Below, piece after piece: positions 8,933-18,205 of a DNA stretch of 64,000 nt. The number at the start of each line of letters is the position of its first letter. Within the stretch, counting starts at the first letter, position 1. The notes under the pieces are model-generated. The model worked only from the letters and a program-made list of their open reading frames with translations. It was not told the origin of the DNA and made no database searches. Source of the stretch: an uncultured Collinsella sp. Its GTDB lineage: Bacteria > Actinomycetota > Coriobacteriia > Coriobacteriales > Coriobacteriaceae. The translations under genes were made by a program, and so were the position numbers. The stretch lies in assembly GCA_905208635.1 (NCBI GenBank), contig CAJLPX010000006.1:20499-84498 (forward strand), in the 5' to 3' direction.

Positions 8933-8935
8933 AGT

Positions 8936-9514
8936 ATGCCCGTACGCTTGGTTTCGACGACATGCTTGGGAAATCTCAACGATCCGTCCTATGAACTCCT
9001 GCTTCGCCGGAAGTTGGGCGGCATCTTTGAGATTGACGAGCTGCTACTCGATTGGGACCAGGCTGATGCGCGCCTGTTTGTGGGCGTGACGGAGCTGGGG
9101 CGCACGGTCGATGTTCGGCTGGATACTGCCGACGGCGGTCGTCTTGCCGACGGCGACGTGCTTGCCATCGACCGTTCGGGCATGGTGCCCGTGGCGGTTG
9201 TCGTGCGCCTGCGCAGCGCCGAGGTCTATTTGATCGAAGTCGACCGCATGGATCCGATTGCGTTCGCGCATGCGTGCTGGGAGATCGGCAATATGCACGC
9301 GCCGCTTTTCCGAGGCGATTCGGACGAGCATACCGTGCGCATGTATACGCCGGTGCAGCCTGTTTTGGGCCGCATGCTCCGGGGCGTCGAGGGTGTTCAG
9401 CTCTCGGTGGTTACCCGTGAACTCGATGCGGACCGGCGCTTTGCGTCGTGTGCGGCGGATGCCGTTGTGAGTATGGCTCCAGACTTTACGATCGTAAAGA
9501 AGGCGCGCGGTTAA
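8936..9514 (+). CDS. UreE-like metallochaperone-fold protein (orphan)
   Basis: GRLADGDVLAID..VVVRLRSAEVYLI..ACWEIGNMHAPLF parallels the UreE pattern G..L..GDvL....V.....cyhlGNRHvP. No His-rich tail and no ure genes are in the window. Confidence 0.4.
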   Translation: MPVRLVSTTCLGNLNDPSYELLLRRKLGGIFEIDELLLDWDQADARLFVGVTELGRTVDVRLDTADGGRLADGDVLAIDRSGMVPVAVVVRLRSAEVYLIEVDRMDPIAFAHACWEIGNMHAPLFRGDSDEHTVRMYTPVQPVLGRMLRGVEGVQLSVVTRELDADRRFASCAADAVVSMAPDFTIVKKARG

Positions 9515-9597
9515 CGTGCGTATAAGTAAGACGGACTTTGAGAGGCAACTATTCAAAGTCCGTCTTTCTGTTGATGAGATGCTGTGGGGGAAAGCAT

Positions 9598-10395
9598 ATG
9601 GGTCTTGAAGGAATCAAGCTGATTGCATGCGATTTGGACGGCACGTTGCTGCATCCGGGGGAGCGCGAGCCGCGTTCCGAGGCCTTTGAGCTCATCGATG
9701 AGCTGCGTCGTCACGGTATCGTGTTTATGCCGGCGAGCGGCCGTCAATATGCGAGTTTGCGCTATCTGTTTGCCCCGGTGGCCGATGAGCTCGCCTATGT
9801 ATGCGAAAACGGAGCCCTGGTGATGAGCGAGGGACGTGCCGTTGTCAAGCGTTCCATGGAGCGTAGCCTTGCTATGGATATCGCGAATGCCGTGGTTGCG
9901 TATCCCCATGCCGACGTGACCCTTTCGTGTGAGGGACACCTCTACACCATGAGCGGCAACGATGCGTTCGTCGACCATTTGCGCTATGAGGTCCACTGCG
10001 ATGTGGCGGTGGTCGACCGCCCCGAGGACATCGACGAGGACGTCATTAAGATTGCCTTCCAGACGCCCGAGGTGGATCAGCCGGCGGCCCTGGAGTATTT
10101 CGAGTGCCTCTTTAGCGACTGTGTCGACGTGATGACGTCGGGAACCGAATGGACGGACTTTATCGGTTTCGGTTCGGGCAAGGGCTCCGCGCTTGCCGAT
10201 TACGGTCGTGCCCTGGGTATTTCGCCCGATGAGATGATGGCGTTTGGCGATAACGAAAACGACCGCGACATGCTCAACGTCGTGGGCCATCCTTATCTAA
10301 TGGAGAGCTGCAATCCCTCTATGCGTGGCATCAACGACCGCGTCCGTTACGTGCGCACGGTCGAAGAGGAATTGCATCGCCTGCTTGCTGAGTAG
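9598..10395 (+). CDS. Cof-type HAD-IIB phosphatase
   Basis: LIACDLDGTLL motif I, SGRQ motif II and GDNENDRDM motif IV. Start ATG 9598. Confidence 0.8.
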   Translation: MGLEGIKLIACDLDGTLLHPGEREPRSEAFELIDELRRHGIVFMPASGRQYASLRYLFAPVADELAYVCENGALVMSEGRAVVKRSMERSLAMDIANAVVAYPHADVTLSCEGHLYTMSGNDAFVDHLRYEVHCDVAVVDRPEDIDEDVIKIAFQTPEVDQPAALEYFECLFSDCVDVMTSGTEWTDFIGFGSGKGSALADYGRALGISPDEMMAFGDNENDRDMLNVVGHPYLMESCNPSMRGINDRVRYVRTVEEELHRLLAE

Positions 10396-10472
10396 ATATT
10401 TGGGACATGCCTAGAAATCTATTTTTTGCTGCAAAGCGCGGAAAGGTGGATTTTAAGGCATGTCCTGAACAT

Positions 10473-10853
10473 CTACTGGCAGTCGGGGCAGAGACCCTCG
10501 AAGATGGTGTAGTGCGACGTGACGTGCCAGCCGATTTGCTCGGACGCCTTGGCGTCGAGCTGGGCATCGAAGGGGAGCGGTACGTCGATGACGCGGCTGC
10601 ATGAGGTGCAGATGATATGCGCATGCGGCTCGATCGTGCGATCGAAGCGGCTGCCGCCCGGCGTCTTGATGGAGAGGATTTCGCCGGCGTCGGCCAAGAG
10701 ATTGAGATTGCGGTAGACCGTACCGCGGCTGATTTTGTCATCCTGCGCGCGCACGACGTTGTAGATTTCGTCGGCGGTGGGATGGTTATAGCTTTGGCGC
10801 ACGGCGTCAAGAACCAGCTTTCGCTGCCTGGTATTCCTTCTTTGCACCGCCAT
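10473..10853 (-). CDS. Fur-family metalloregulator (Fur/Zur/PerR type)
   Basis: NTRQRKLVLDAV.., ADEIY.., ISRGTVYRNLNLL winged helix, HAHIICTSC and CPDC zinc sites. Confidence 0.85.
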   Translation of the reverse strand: MAVQRRNTRQRKLVLDAVRQSYNHPTADEIYNVVRAQDDKISRGTVYRNLNLLADAGEILSIKTPGGSRFDRTIEPHAHIICTSCSRVIDVPLPFDAQLDAKASEQIGWHVTSHYTIFEGLCPDCQ

Positions 10854-10914
10854 GCGCCTCGCCTCTTTTCTATTAACGGTCGTAGGTAAATGATACCGTA
10901 TTTAGCACACAATA

Positions 10915-11325
10915 CTAATAATGAGGACTGAAACCGTCTTCATTGGCAAGTGGGGCTCGGGCCTGGGCGTCTACGAGGCGAAAACGCGTTCCCATGCGCT
11001 CGTAGGAGGCATGAAGCGCCTCGAGATGAGATAGGACGTTTGCCGGAGCTCCCTGTATCTCCATCTCGACTGAGCCGTCTTCCATATTACGCACCCAGCC
11101 GGTGAGGGAGCGTGCCTGCGCGAGGTTGGTGTTGGTAAAGCGAAAACCAACGCCTTGGACTTGCCCCGCCCAGCGCAGAAAATAGCGCAGGGGAGTGTCT
11201 TGAGTGGCCTCGTCGCTTGCGAGCACGGTAAGCCTGCGGCGCAGCTCGAGCTCGACGTTTGATGGTTTTTGAGGCTCTCGACTGCCTCCGGTGACGCTGG
11301 AGAAGAACGTATCGAAGAAACCCAT
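10915..11325 (-). CDS. Acylphosphatase-domain protein with an N-terminal extension
   Basis: GQVQGVGFRFTN..ARSLTGWVRNMEDGSVEMEIQG is the acylphosphatase signature. Confidence 0.75.
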   Translation of the reverse strand: MGFFDTFFSSVTGGSREPQKPSNVELELRRRLTVLASDEATQDTPLRYFLRWAGQVQGVGFRFTNTNLAQARSLTGWVRNMEDGSVEMEIQGAPANVLSHLEALHASYERMGTRFRLVDAQARAPLANEDGFSPHY

Positions 11326-11327
11326 CG

Positions 11328-12434
11328 CTATGCCTGCTTGCCTGCGTCAGCTGGGAAGGTTATGCCGGCCTGCTGGCGCACGGCATCCATGATGCGCAGT
11401 GAGACGAGCGTGACATCGCGGTAGTGGCCAAGCTCGTGGCGTCCCGCCGGGGTCTCCCAAATCTCTTCCTTAACGTTATCGATGCCGCCGATGGCGGTGA
11501 TAAAGTCTGTGAGTTCGTATTCCATAGTGTTGCTCGATTTGGGCAGGTCGAGCACGCGGCCGTTGTCGCCCTGTTCGCGCGGTGCCTCGGTCGCCGAGCC
11601 GCGTACGACATCGCCGCGATAGTCGATGCGGACGTTGCGGGGCGTGGACAGATGGTCGATCTGGATAGTGCCACGCTCGCCTTCGATCTGCGAGGGCAGC
11701 AGGTCATTCGTAATTTTGGAGTGCGCGAGCTCGACGGAGATGCTGCCTCCGCCATAGCTGGCGAGGATGGAACCGCAGCCGTCGATGGGGCCGTGCGTGA
11801 GCTGTCGCGTGGTGGGGTCGAGTAGAGTAGTCATGCTCGTAAGGCCGGAGGGCATGCCGAAAATCTCGACCATGGGCTCGACGGCGTAGACGCCAATGTC
11901 CATGAGGGAACCCGATGCCATATTGCAGTCGAAGATATTGGTGGCGCGTCCCGCGAGAATCTCGTTGTAGCGCGAGGAATACTTGCCAAAGCGCAATGAG
12001 GCGCGGCGGATGGGGGCGATCTCGCCCAGGGCGTCCTCGATGGCGTGGAAGGCGGGATCGTGGAGGGGACGCATGGCCTCGAGGGCCACGACACCTGCTG
12101 TCTCGGCAGCGCGGAAGACTTCCAGCGCCTGCGCTTCGGTGGCGCAGAAGGGTTTCTCGACGATGACGTGCTTGCCACCGGCGATGCAGGCAAGAGCCTG
12201 CTCGTAGTGAAGTGCGTTAGGGCTGCCGATATAGACGGCGTCGACGTCGGCGGCTGCCGCAAGCTCATCGAGCGACGTAAAGTTTCGCTCGCCACCGCGC
12301 TCGGCGGTAAAGGCAGTACCGCGATTGGCGTCGCGTGAAAGCGTGCCCACAAACGCGGCTTGGTCGTTGGCGTTGACGACTTGGATAAAGTCGTCGGTGA
12401 TCATGGATGTACCGATGGTCGCGATGCGCAGCAT
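11328..12434 (-). CDS. Gfo/Idh/MocA-family NAD(P)-dependent oxidoreductase
   Basis: MLRIATIGTSMITDDF Rossmann N-terminus and an EKPF block. The start is set at ATG 12434 behind GGGAGA. The 111-codon extension in the track ORF is low-complexity S/T/P-rich. Confidence 0.8.
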   Translation of the reverse strand: MLRIATIGTSMITDDFIQVVNANDQAAFVGTLSRDANRGTAFTAERGGERNFTSLDELAAAADVDAVYIGSPNALHYEQALACIAGGKHVIVEKPFCATEAQALEVFRAAETAGVVALEAMRPLHDPAFHAIEDALGEIAPIRRASLRFGKYSSRYNEILAGRATNIFDCNMASGSLMDIGVYAVEPMVEIFGMPSGLTSMTTLLDPTTRQLTHGPIDGCGSILASYGGGSISVELAHSKITNDLLPSQIEGERGTIQIDHLSTPRNVRIDYRGDVVRGSATEAPREQGDNGRVLDLPKSSNTMEYELTDFITAIGGIDNVKEEIWETPAGRHELGHYRDVTLVSLRIMDAVRQQAGITFPADAGKQA

Positions 12435-12507
12435 ACGTCTCCCTTGCGTTGTTTGGTCTACAGGATGAGTGTAGCGCGTGGGGATATAAAGCTGCGCGAA
12501 AACGCTA

Positions 12508-13044
12508 TTACAGGTCGCTCTCGTTAAAGCCGGTGTCGATATCGAGGTTGCTGCCGTCGGCCGCCGTGGTGGCGAGCTCATCACAGCGCTCGTTGAGCTC
12601 GTGACCAGCGTGACCCTTAACCCAGATGAACTCAACCTTGTGCTTGCTTTTGGCGGTGAGTAGGCGCTCCCACAGGTCGCGGTTCTTGACGGGTTGCTTG
12701 TTGGCGGTTTTCCATCCGCGCTTTTTCCAGCCGTCGATCCAGTGCTTGTTAAAGGCGTTGACGACATACTGCGAATCGGAATGGACTTCGACCTCGCAAG
12801 GGCGGTTGAGCGCCTCGAGCGCCACGATGACCGCCATGAGTTCCATGCGGTTGTTGGTGGTCTTGGCGTAGCCGCGCGAAAGCTCGGAGGTGAAGGTCTT
12901 GCCGGCGGGGTTGGTGTATTTGAGCACGGCGCCGTAGCCGCCGCGTCCCGGATTTGATCGGGCCGAGCCGTCGGTATAGATGATGACCTTCACGGGCTTC
13001 CTTTCGTTGGGTACGTTTCGTGTGAGTGACCATTGTAGCGCCAT
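12508..13044 (-). CDS. rnhA: Ribonuclease HI
   Basis: IYTDGS, NNRMEL, HSDSQYV and [17 protein letters not shown] catalytic DEDD blocks. An alternative GTG start exists at 12993. Confidence 0.9.
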   Translation of the reverse strand: MALQWSLTRNVPNERKPVKVIIYTDGSARSNPGRGGYGAVLKYTNPAGKTFTSELSRGYAKTTNNRMELMAVIVALEALNRPCEVEVHSDSQYVVNAFNKHWIDGWKKRGWKTANKQPVKNRDLWERLLTAKSKHKVEFIWVKGHAGHELNERCDELATTAADGSNLDIDTGFNESDL

Positions 13045-13092
13045 GCCCGCCGGGGGCTAGCAATCTACGATTTCTACCCCGTCTTCCGACAG

Positions 13093-13995
13093 TTAGTTGG
13101 CACGGATGATGCGGTTGAGCTCGTCGAGGTATTGCTGCAAGAGGGGAGAGGGCTTGCGCTCGTCGTGCATGATATAGCCTACGTGCATCGTTGGGGCGTC
13201 TGCTAACGGGATCGATGCCATACCCCATTGCATTTCATTGGAGAGGACACCGGTCGACAGGGTGTAACCGTTCGACGTGATAAGTAAGTTAGTAAGTGTT
13301 CCGCGGTCCGAGATTCGTATGTTGCGGTCGCAAGGGATATAGCTAAAGGGTTCCTCGGCGTAATAGAAGGAGTTTGAGGTTCCCTGCTCAAAGCTGTAGC
13401 GCGTATAGGGCGTGAGGTCGGCAAGGGACAGTTGAGGGCGGCGTGCGAGCGGATGGCGTTCGCTGACGAAGACGTGGACCGTCGCGTCGAAGAGGGGATG
13501 GAAGCTTGCGCGGGCATCGGCGAAGGCCTTCTGCAAGACACGGGTATTAAAGTCGTCCAGATAGAGGATGCCGATGTCGCTGCGAAACGCGCGCACGTCG
13601 TCGATGATCTGCGATGTGGTGGTCTCGCGCATGATGAACTCGAACTTGCTGTCGCGGCAGCGCTCGACTACGTTGACAAAGGCCTCGACCGAAAAGGCGT
13701 AGTGCTGGGCGGAAATGGCGAGGCGGGCTTGCGGGGTGCCGCCGTCCTCGTAGCGCGCCTCGAGCATATCTGCCTGCTCCACGACCTGGCGCGCATAGCC
13801 TAAAAGCTCGGTACCGTCGTTGGTGAGCGTGACGCCGCGGCTGGAGCGCGTAAAGATCTCCAGATGGAGCTCCTGCTCGAGGCTTTTGACGGCGTTGGAG
13901 ATATTGGACTGTGCGGTATAGAGGCGCTGCGCTGCGGCGTTAATTGAGCCGGATTCTGCCACGGCGATAAGAAAGCGAAGCTGCTGGAGGGTCAT
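13093..13995 (-). CDS. LysR-family transcriptional regulator, divergent from metY
   Basis: MTLQQLRFLIAVAESGSINAAAQRLYTAQSNISNAVKSLE HTH, followed by a LysR substrate-binding domain. Confidence 0.85.
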   Translation of the reverse strand: MTLQQLRFLIAVAESGSINAAAQRLYTAQSNISNAVKSLEQELHLEIFTRSSRGVTLTNDGTELLGYARQVVEQADMLEARYEDGGTPQARLAISAQHYAFSVEAFVNVVERCRDSKFEFIMRETTTSQIIDDVRAFRSDIGILYLDDFNTRVLQKAFADARASFHPLFDATVHVFVSERHPLARRPQLSLADLTPYTRYSFEQGTSNSFYYAEEPFSYIPCDRNIRISDRGTLTNLLITSNGYTLSTGVLSNEMQWGMASIPLADAPTMHVGYIMHDERKPSPLLQQYLDELNRIIRAN

Positions 13996-14268
13996 CGGCG
14001 CCCGTCCTTTCGATAGCTATCTAAAAAACCGATAACAGGTTAGCGCTTTTAAGTGATTGACCGAGGGAGACGATGCTCGTACTATTCAAAACACACAAAG
14101 GCGGTAGGTAATTAAGCCGACCACAGAACCGGGATGCGAAAGGAGGCCCGCATATGAATTGCTTACCAAGACGAATGCCGGGCTCCTGTTTGCGCCCGTC
14201 GGCGTGATCAGGAGACAGCGACTTACTTCTCTCTTTTTATTTACTTTCGTTCGATCAAGGAGATCATC

Positions 14269-15579
14269 ATGAGCCAGTTCATCAACAACCCCGAGCACAC
14301 CTTTGGTTTCGATACCCTGCAGCTTCATGTTGGCCAGGAGAGCGCCGACCCCGCATCCGACTCCCGCGCCGTGCCTATCTACCAGACCACGAGCTATGTG
14401 TTCCGCAACTCCCAGCACGCCGCCGACCGCTTTGGTCTTGCCGACGCCGGTAACATCTACGGTCGTCTGACCAACTCCACCCAGGGCGTCTTTGAGGACC
14501 GTATCGCCGCGCTCGAGGGTGGCGTTGCTGGCCTCGCCGTCGCCTCTGGCGCCGCCGCCATCACCTATGCCCTGGAGGCACTTGCCCAGGCCGGTGACCA
14601 TGTGGTTGCCCAGAAGACCATCTACGGTGGCTCCTACAACCTGCTGGAGCATACGCTCTCCCAGTTTGGCGTCGAGACCACGTTTGTCGATGCCCATAAC
14701 CTGGACGAGGTCGAGGGCGCCATCAAGGACAACACTACGGTCATCTACCTCGAGACGCTCGGCAACCCCAATTCCGACATTCCCAACATCGACGCTATCT
14801 CCGAGGTTGCCAAGAAGCATGGTTTGCCGGTTGTCGTCGACAACACTTTCGGCACCCCGTATCTGTTCCGTCCGCTGGAGCATGGCGCCAACATCGTTGT
14901 CCACTCCGCAACCAAGTTCATCGGCGGCCACGGCACCTCGCTGGGCGGCGTGATCGTCGATGGTGGTAACTTCGATTGGAAGGCGAGCGGCAAGTACGCC
15001 CAGATCGCTGAGCCCAACCCCTCCTACCACGGTGTTTCGTTTGCCGAGGCTGCCGGTCCCGCCGCCTTCGCGACCTATGTCCGCGCCATCTTGCTGCGTG
15101 ACGAGGGTGCCTGCATCAGCCCGTTCAACGCCTGGGTCCTGCTCCAGGGCACCGAGACTCTGTCGCTGCGCGTCGACCGCCATGTCGAGAACACCAAGAA
15201 GGTCGTTGAGTTCCTGGCTGGTGACAGCCACGTCGCCAAGGTGAACCACCCGAGCCTGTCTGAGCACCCCGATCACGAGCTCTATCAGAAGTACTTCCCC
15301 AACGGTGGCGCTTCGATCTTCACCTTTGAGATTAAGGGTGGCCAGGAGGCAGCTTGGAAGTTCATCGATCATTTGCAGGTGTTCTCGCTGCTCGCCAACG
15401 TGGCCGACGTCAAGTCGCTCGTCGTGCACCCGGCTACCACCACGCACTCCCAGCTCTCTGCCGAGGAGCTCGCCGAGCAGAACATCACGCCCTCCACGAT
15501 CCGTCTTTCCATCGGTACCGAGAACGCCGAGGACATCATTTGGGATCTGAAGCAGGCCTTCGCCGCGCTGGACGAGTAA
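14269..15579 (+). CDS. metY: O-acetylhomoserine (thiol)-lyase / sulfhydrylase, PLP-dependent
   Basis: Cys/Met-metabolism PLP family blocks: FDTLQLHVGQ, VVDNTFGTPYL, HSATKFIGGHG. SD AAGGAG precedes the ATG. Confidence 0.9.
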   Translation: MSQFINNPEHTFGFDTLQLHVGQESADPASDSRAVPIYQTTSYVFRNSQHAADRFGLADAGNIYGRLTNSTQGVFEDRIAALEGGVAGLAVASGAAAITYALEALAQAGDHVVAQKTIYGGSYNLLEHTLSQFGVETTFVDAHNLDEVEGAIKDNTTVIYLETLGNPNSDIPNIDAISEVAKKHGLPVVVDNTFGTPYLFRPLEHGANIVVHSATKFIGGHGTSLGGVIVDGGNFDWKASGKYAQIAEPNPSYHGVSFAEAAGPAAFATYVRAILLRDEGACISPFNAWVLLQGTETLSLRVDRHVENTKKVVEFLAGDSHVAKVNHPSLSEHPDHELYQKYFPNGGASIFTFEIKGGQEAAWKFIDHLQVFSLLANVADVKSLVVHPATTTHSQLSAEELAEQNITPSTIRLSIGTENAEDIIWDLKQAFAALDE

Positions 15580-15641
15580 GGCGACTTGTGCAAGGACCCC
15601 TTGCGACTCGATAGGTATAACTGCATAAAATGCCTGCTCAA

Positions 15642-15680
15642 GGCGCCTGCGCAAGCAATGGTTGCGCAGGTGCCTTTTTT
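15642..15680 (+). terminator. Rho-independent terminator after metY
   Basis: Stem GGCGCCTGCGCAA/TTGCGCAGGTGCC followed by TTTTTT. Confidence 0.8.
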
Positions 15681-15891
15681 GCATAGGAAGGGCGCTATTA
15701 CAGGGTTTTTGGCATGCTTTATGCATTCGAGTTGTGGAAAACTCCTGTTGAGAGGATGTGAGTTTTACGCAATTGACGTGCGCCTTTTGAGTAAAACCGC
15801 AGGTCGCGATTTGCTCGAGGTACTATGCAGCGCGATCGAATCACACGCAGCTCAAACGCAGCAAAAACGCACTACGGAGGTTTCCAGCTAC

Positions 15892-16668
15892 ATGAGGATC
15901 GATTCACGAAAACCGAAAGCCGCTGCCCTTTCCGCCGCTCTGACCGTGGCACTTTTGGCGGGCGCCGGTGCAACTGATGCCCACGCCGCAACACTGTCCG
16001 ATACGGTTGGATCTACGCCGTCCGAGACGACGCTGGTACAGCCCGTTGATTATCGCGGCGATGGTTATGGTTCCATGCAGGAGTGGAACGCCTCGATGGA
16101 GGCCAAGCGCGATTCCCTTGAGATACGCGCTCAGATTATCCTAAACATGTATGGTGACTATGCCACCGATGACGAGCGCGCTGTGCTGCAGGGTTGTATC
16201 GATGGTGCGGGCAGCCTTTTGACGATGGGGGAGGTCGACGCGAAGTCGACCGAGCTCGATGAGCTGCGCACTGTGCTTGAGAATGCCAAGCGCGAAGCGC
16301 TCGAGGTCGCTGCCGCCGAGGCGGAGGCTGCCGAGGCCGCCCAGGCTTCGTATTACAACGCCGGCTCCGGCTCGTCTTACACGTCTGCTGCGTATTACGC
16401 GAACGGCTCGGGTCTGACGCGCTCGAGCGGCGTCAATAACTATAACGGCCGCCGCGAGACTTATTACAGCAGCAACGTGTTGTATCACCACCGCACGGGC
16501 GAATGGACGCAGGATTCTGAGGGCTTCTGGCGCGATTCCGACGGCTATTACGTTGTTGCCGCGGGCGATATGGCCCAGGGCTCGACCTTTACGGGCTCCA
16601 AGGGTGATTGCAAGGTCTATGACTCCGGCTGCGCTGCCGGAACCACCGACTACTACACCGGTTGGTAA
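15892..16668 (+). CDS. Secreted protein with a C-terminal 3D/DPBB-like (cell-wall-active) domain
   Basis: Signal peptide MRIDSRKPKAAALSAALTVALLAGAGATDAHA behind ACGGAGG. The C-terminus ETYYSS..WRDSDGYYVVAAGDMAQGS..KVYDSG..DYYTGW resembles the ETYY..VAA..V.DTG..D..W pattern of 3D-like domains. Confidence 0.45.
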   Translation: MRIDSRKPKAAALSAALTVALLAGAGATDAHAATLSDTVGSTPSETTLVQPVDYRGDGYGSMQEWNASMEAKRDSLEIRAQIILNMYGDYATDDERAVLQGCIDGAGSLLTMGEVDAKSTELDELRTVLENAKREALEVAAAEAEAAEAAQASYYNAGSGSSYTSAAYYANGSGLTRSSGVNNYNGRRETYYSSNVLYHHRTGEWTQDSEGFWRDSDGYYVVAAGDMAQGSTFTGSKGDCKVYDSGCAAGTTDYYTGW

Positions 16669-16857
16669 TCTGCCATAAGCAAAATACGCACATGATGGGC
16701 GGGCGTCTTTACTGAGCTTTTAGGCAACGTAAAGCCGCCCTTTCTTTATGTGCGCTTGAGTTAACAGAGCCCTTACCGTGGCGGTACGCTGGGCGTATGG
16801 ATGCGGGGCACACTAGTTCATGAGAAATAGGGTCTTTCTCTTGGAGGAAGTGATCTT

Positions 16858-17064
16858 GTGAATGCTCGAGATATTGCCATTGCCGCCGTCGCGTTGATGC
16901 TTGGCTGCCTTGGTCCCACGGCCGCGCTCGTCGCGGGCATGCAGGGGACATGCGGGGCTGCTCCTATCGTGATCGGCGCGTTGATCGCGGCCACACTGCT
17001 GGGAAGCGCCGGTGTTGTCCTTTGTCGCGACGATGAGGACGAGGTTCCGGAGTCGCATCTCTAA
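16858..17064 (+). CDS. Possible small two-TM membrane protein
   Basis: GGAGGA at 16843-16848, then GTG 16858. The product is hydrophobic and a strong hairpin terminator follows. No family was recognised. Confidence 0.3.
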   Translation: MNARDIAIAAVALMLGCLGPTAALVAGMQGTCGAAPIVIGALIAATLLGSAGVVLCRDDEDEVPESHL

Positions 17065-17105
17065 CTGTTGCGAAAGTGACTGTTGGCCATGGCTGAATAT
17101 GAAAA

Positions 17106-17140
17106 CCGCCGCAAGGGGAGTGCCCCTTGCGGCGGCTTTG
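17106..17140. terminator. Hairpin terminator between convergent genes
   Basis: Perfect 13-bp stem CCGCCGCAAGGGG/CCCCTTGCGGCGG, then CTTTGCTCTT. It sits between the 16858 ORF (+) and the panE-like gene (-). Confidence 0.7.
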
Positions 17141-17173
17141 CTCTTGAGGCTGTTGGCTGCGGTGCGTCGAGCG

Positions 17174-18088
17174 CTACCAGCTGGCCTCGATTTCGCGGAT
17201 GCGCGAATAGAGCCATTCGTTTTGCGGCACTTGGATACCGTGCTTGGCCGCGAGGTGGCAGATGGTGCCCGCAAACTCATCAACCTCGGTTTTGCGCCTT
17301 GCGACGCGGTCTTGAGTCATCGAGGGCATGCCGGCGGGTTCGAGCCCCTCGATGAGGTGCACCATCTGCGTTAGGTCTGCCTCGGTCAGCTCAATGCCCT
17401 CGGCGTTGGCGACCGCAAGCGTTTCGCGCATGGCGGAAACAAAGCAGCGGCGCTGCTCGGAGCCCTGCTCCGTAGCGCTTCCGTAGGTGCCGCCGTAGGC
17501 CATACAGGTCTGGTTGATGCCGTCGTTGAGCATGAGTTTGGCCCACATGCGATGTGCGATGTCGTGCTCGACGGTATGGGCGATGCCGCAACGCGTGTAG
17601 AGCTCGTCGATGGCGATAACGGTTGCGGGGTCGGTGCCCGCTGCCGCACCAAAGCGGATCTCGCCGGCATTGGTATAGGTGAGCTCCCCGTTGAGGAATA
17701 CGGCGTCCATGCCCTGGCAGATACCAAGGACGGTGTGCTCCCAGCCAAAGCGCTCGGCAATCTTCTGCTCGCTCGTGATGCCGTTGCACAGCGACGCGAT
17801 CAGCGTGTCGGGTCCCACGACGCTTTCCAGGGTTTTGAGCACCACATCGAGCCCGGTTGTCTTGACCGTGAGGATGACCAGGTCGACGGGCGTCGCCTCG
17901 CTCGCGCGGACGGACTTGAGCGCGCAGGGCTTGCCGTTGACGGTGAGCGCATCACCTGCGTGGCGCTCAAAGCGCGCGTCGTCCATAACGTATTCGACGG
18001 CGTCGTTGCCGAGCGCTTGGGCGATCATGCTGCCGTAGAGCAGGCCCACGCCGCCCTTGCCGATGAAGGCGACCTTGTTGATCTGCAT
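17174..18088 (-). CDS. Ketopantoate reductase (PanE/ApbA) family oxidoreductase
   Basis: MQINKVAFIGKGGVGLLYG Rossmann N-terminus, with ApbA-like central and C-terminal blocks. Start ATG 18088 sits behind GGGGAGA. Confidence 0.75.
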   Translation of the reverse strand: MQINKVAFIGKGGVGLLYGSMIAQALGNDAVEYVMDDARFERHAGDALTVNGKPCALKSVRASEATPVDLVILTVKTTGLDVVLKTLESVVGPDTLIASLCNGITSEQKIAERFGWEHTVLGICQGMDAVFLNGELTYTNAGEIRFGAAAGTDPATVIAIDELYTRCGIAHTVEHDIAHRMWAKLMLNDGINQTCMAYGGTYGSATEQGSEQRRCFVSAMRETLAVANAEGIELTEADLTQMVHLIEGLEPAGMPSMTQDRVARRKTEVDEFAGTICHLAAKHGIQVPQNEWLYSRIREIEASW

Positions 18089-18205
18089 GTGAATCATCTC
18101 CCCATAAAAAGGCGCCCGCGTATGGGGCGCCTGATGGATTGTATGCCGCCGGGCCATGTCGCGTGCACCGGATGGCCGTATTTAGAAGAACAAACGCATG
18201 GGAAC

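Noticed and set aside
10854-10914. Fur/PerR box upstream of the Fur-family gene (AATACTAATAATGAG).
   Set aside because: It resembles only half a site, and no dyad could be completed.
12435-12767. 111-codon N-terminal extension of the Gfo/Idh/MocA ORF (track start 12767), which overlaps rnhA.
   Set aside because: The extension is S/T/P/A-rich with no homology pattern. The Rossmann N-terminus MLRIATIG with its own SD starts at 12434. The extension would also overlap the convergently annotated rnhA region.
13996-14268. Possible SAM riboswitch (S-box, SAM-IV) or T-box in the metY leader.
   Set aside because: I looked for the conserved cores: GAGGGA..GGCCC..GCAACC for SAM-I, the SAM-IV GC-rich pseudoknot, and the T-box AGGGUGGUACC motif. 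I found none. Only the small uORF is reported.
14086-15726. 546-aa minus-strand ORF opposite metY.
   Set aside because: It is antisense to a well-supported PLP enzyme gene. The product is repetitive and G/V/L/D-rich. It would also run through the metY promoter and terminator.
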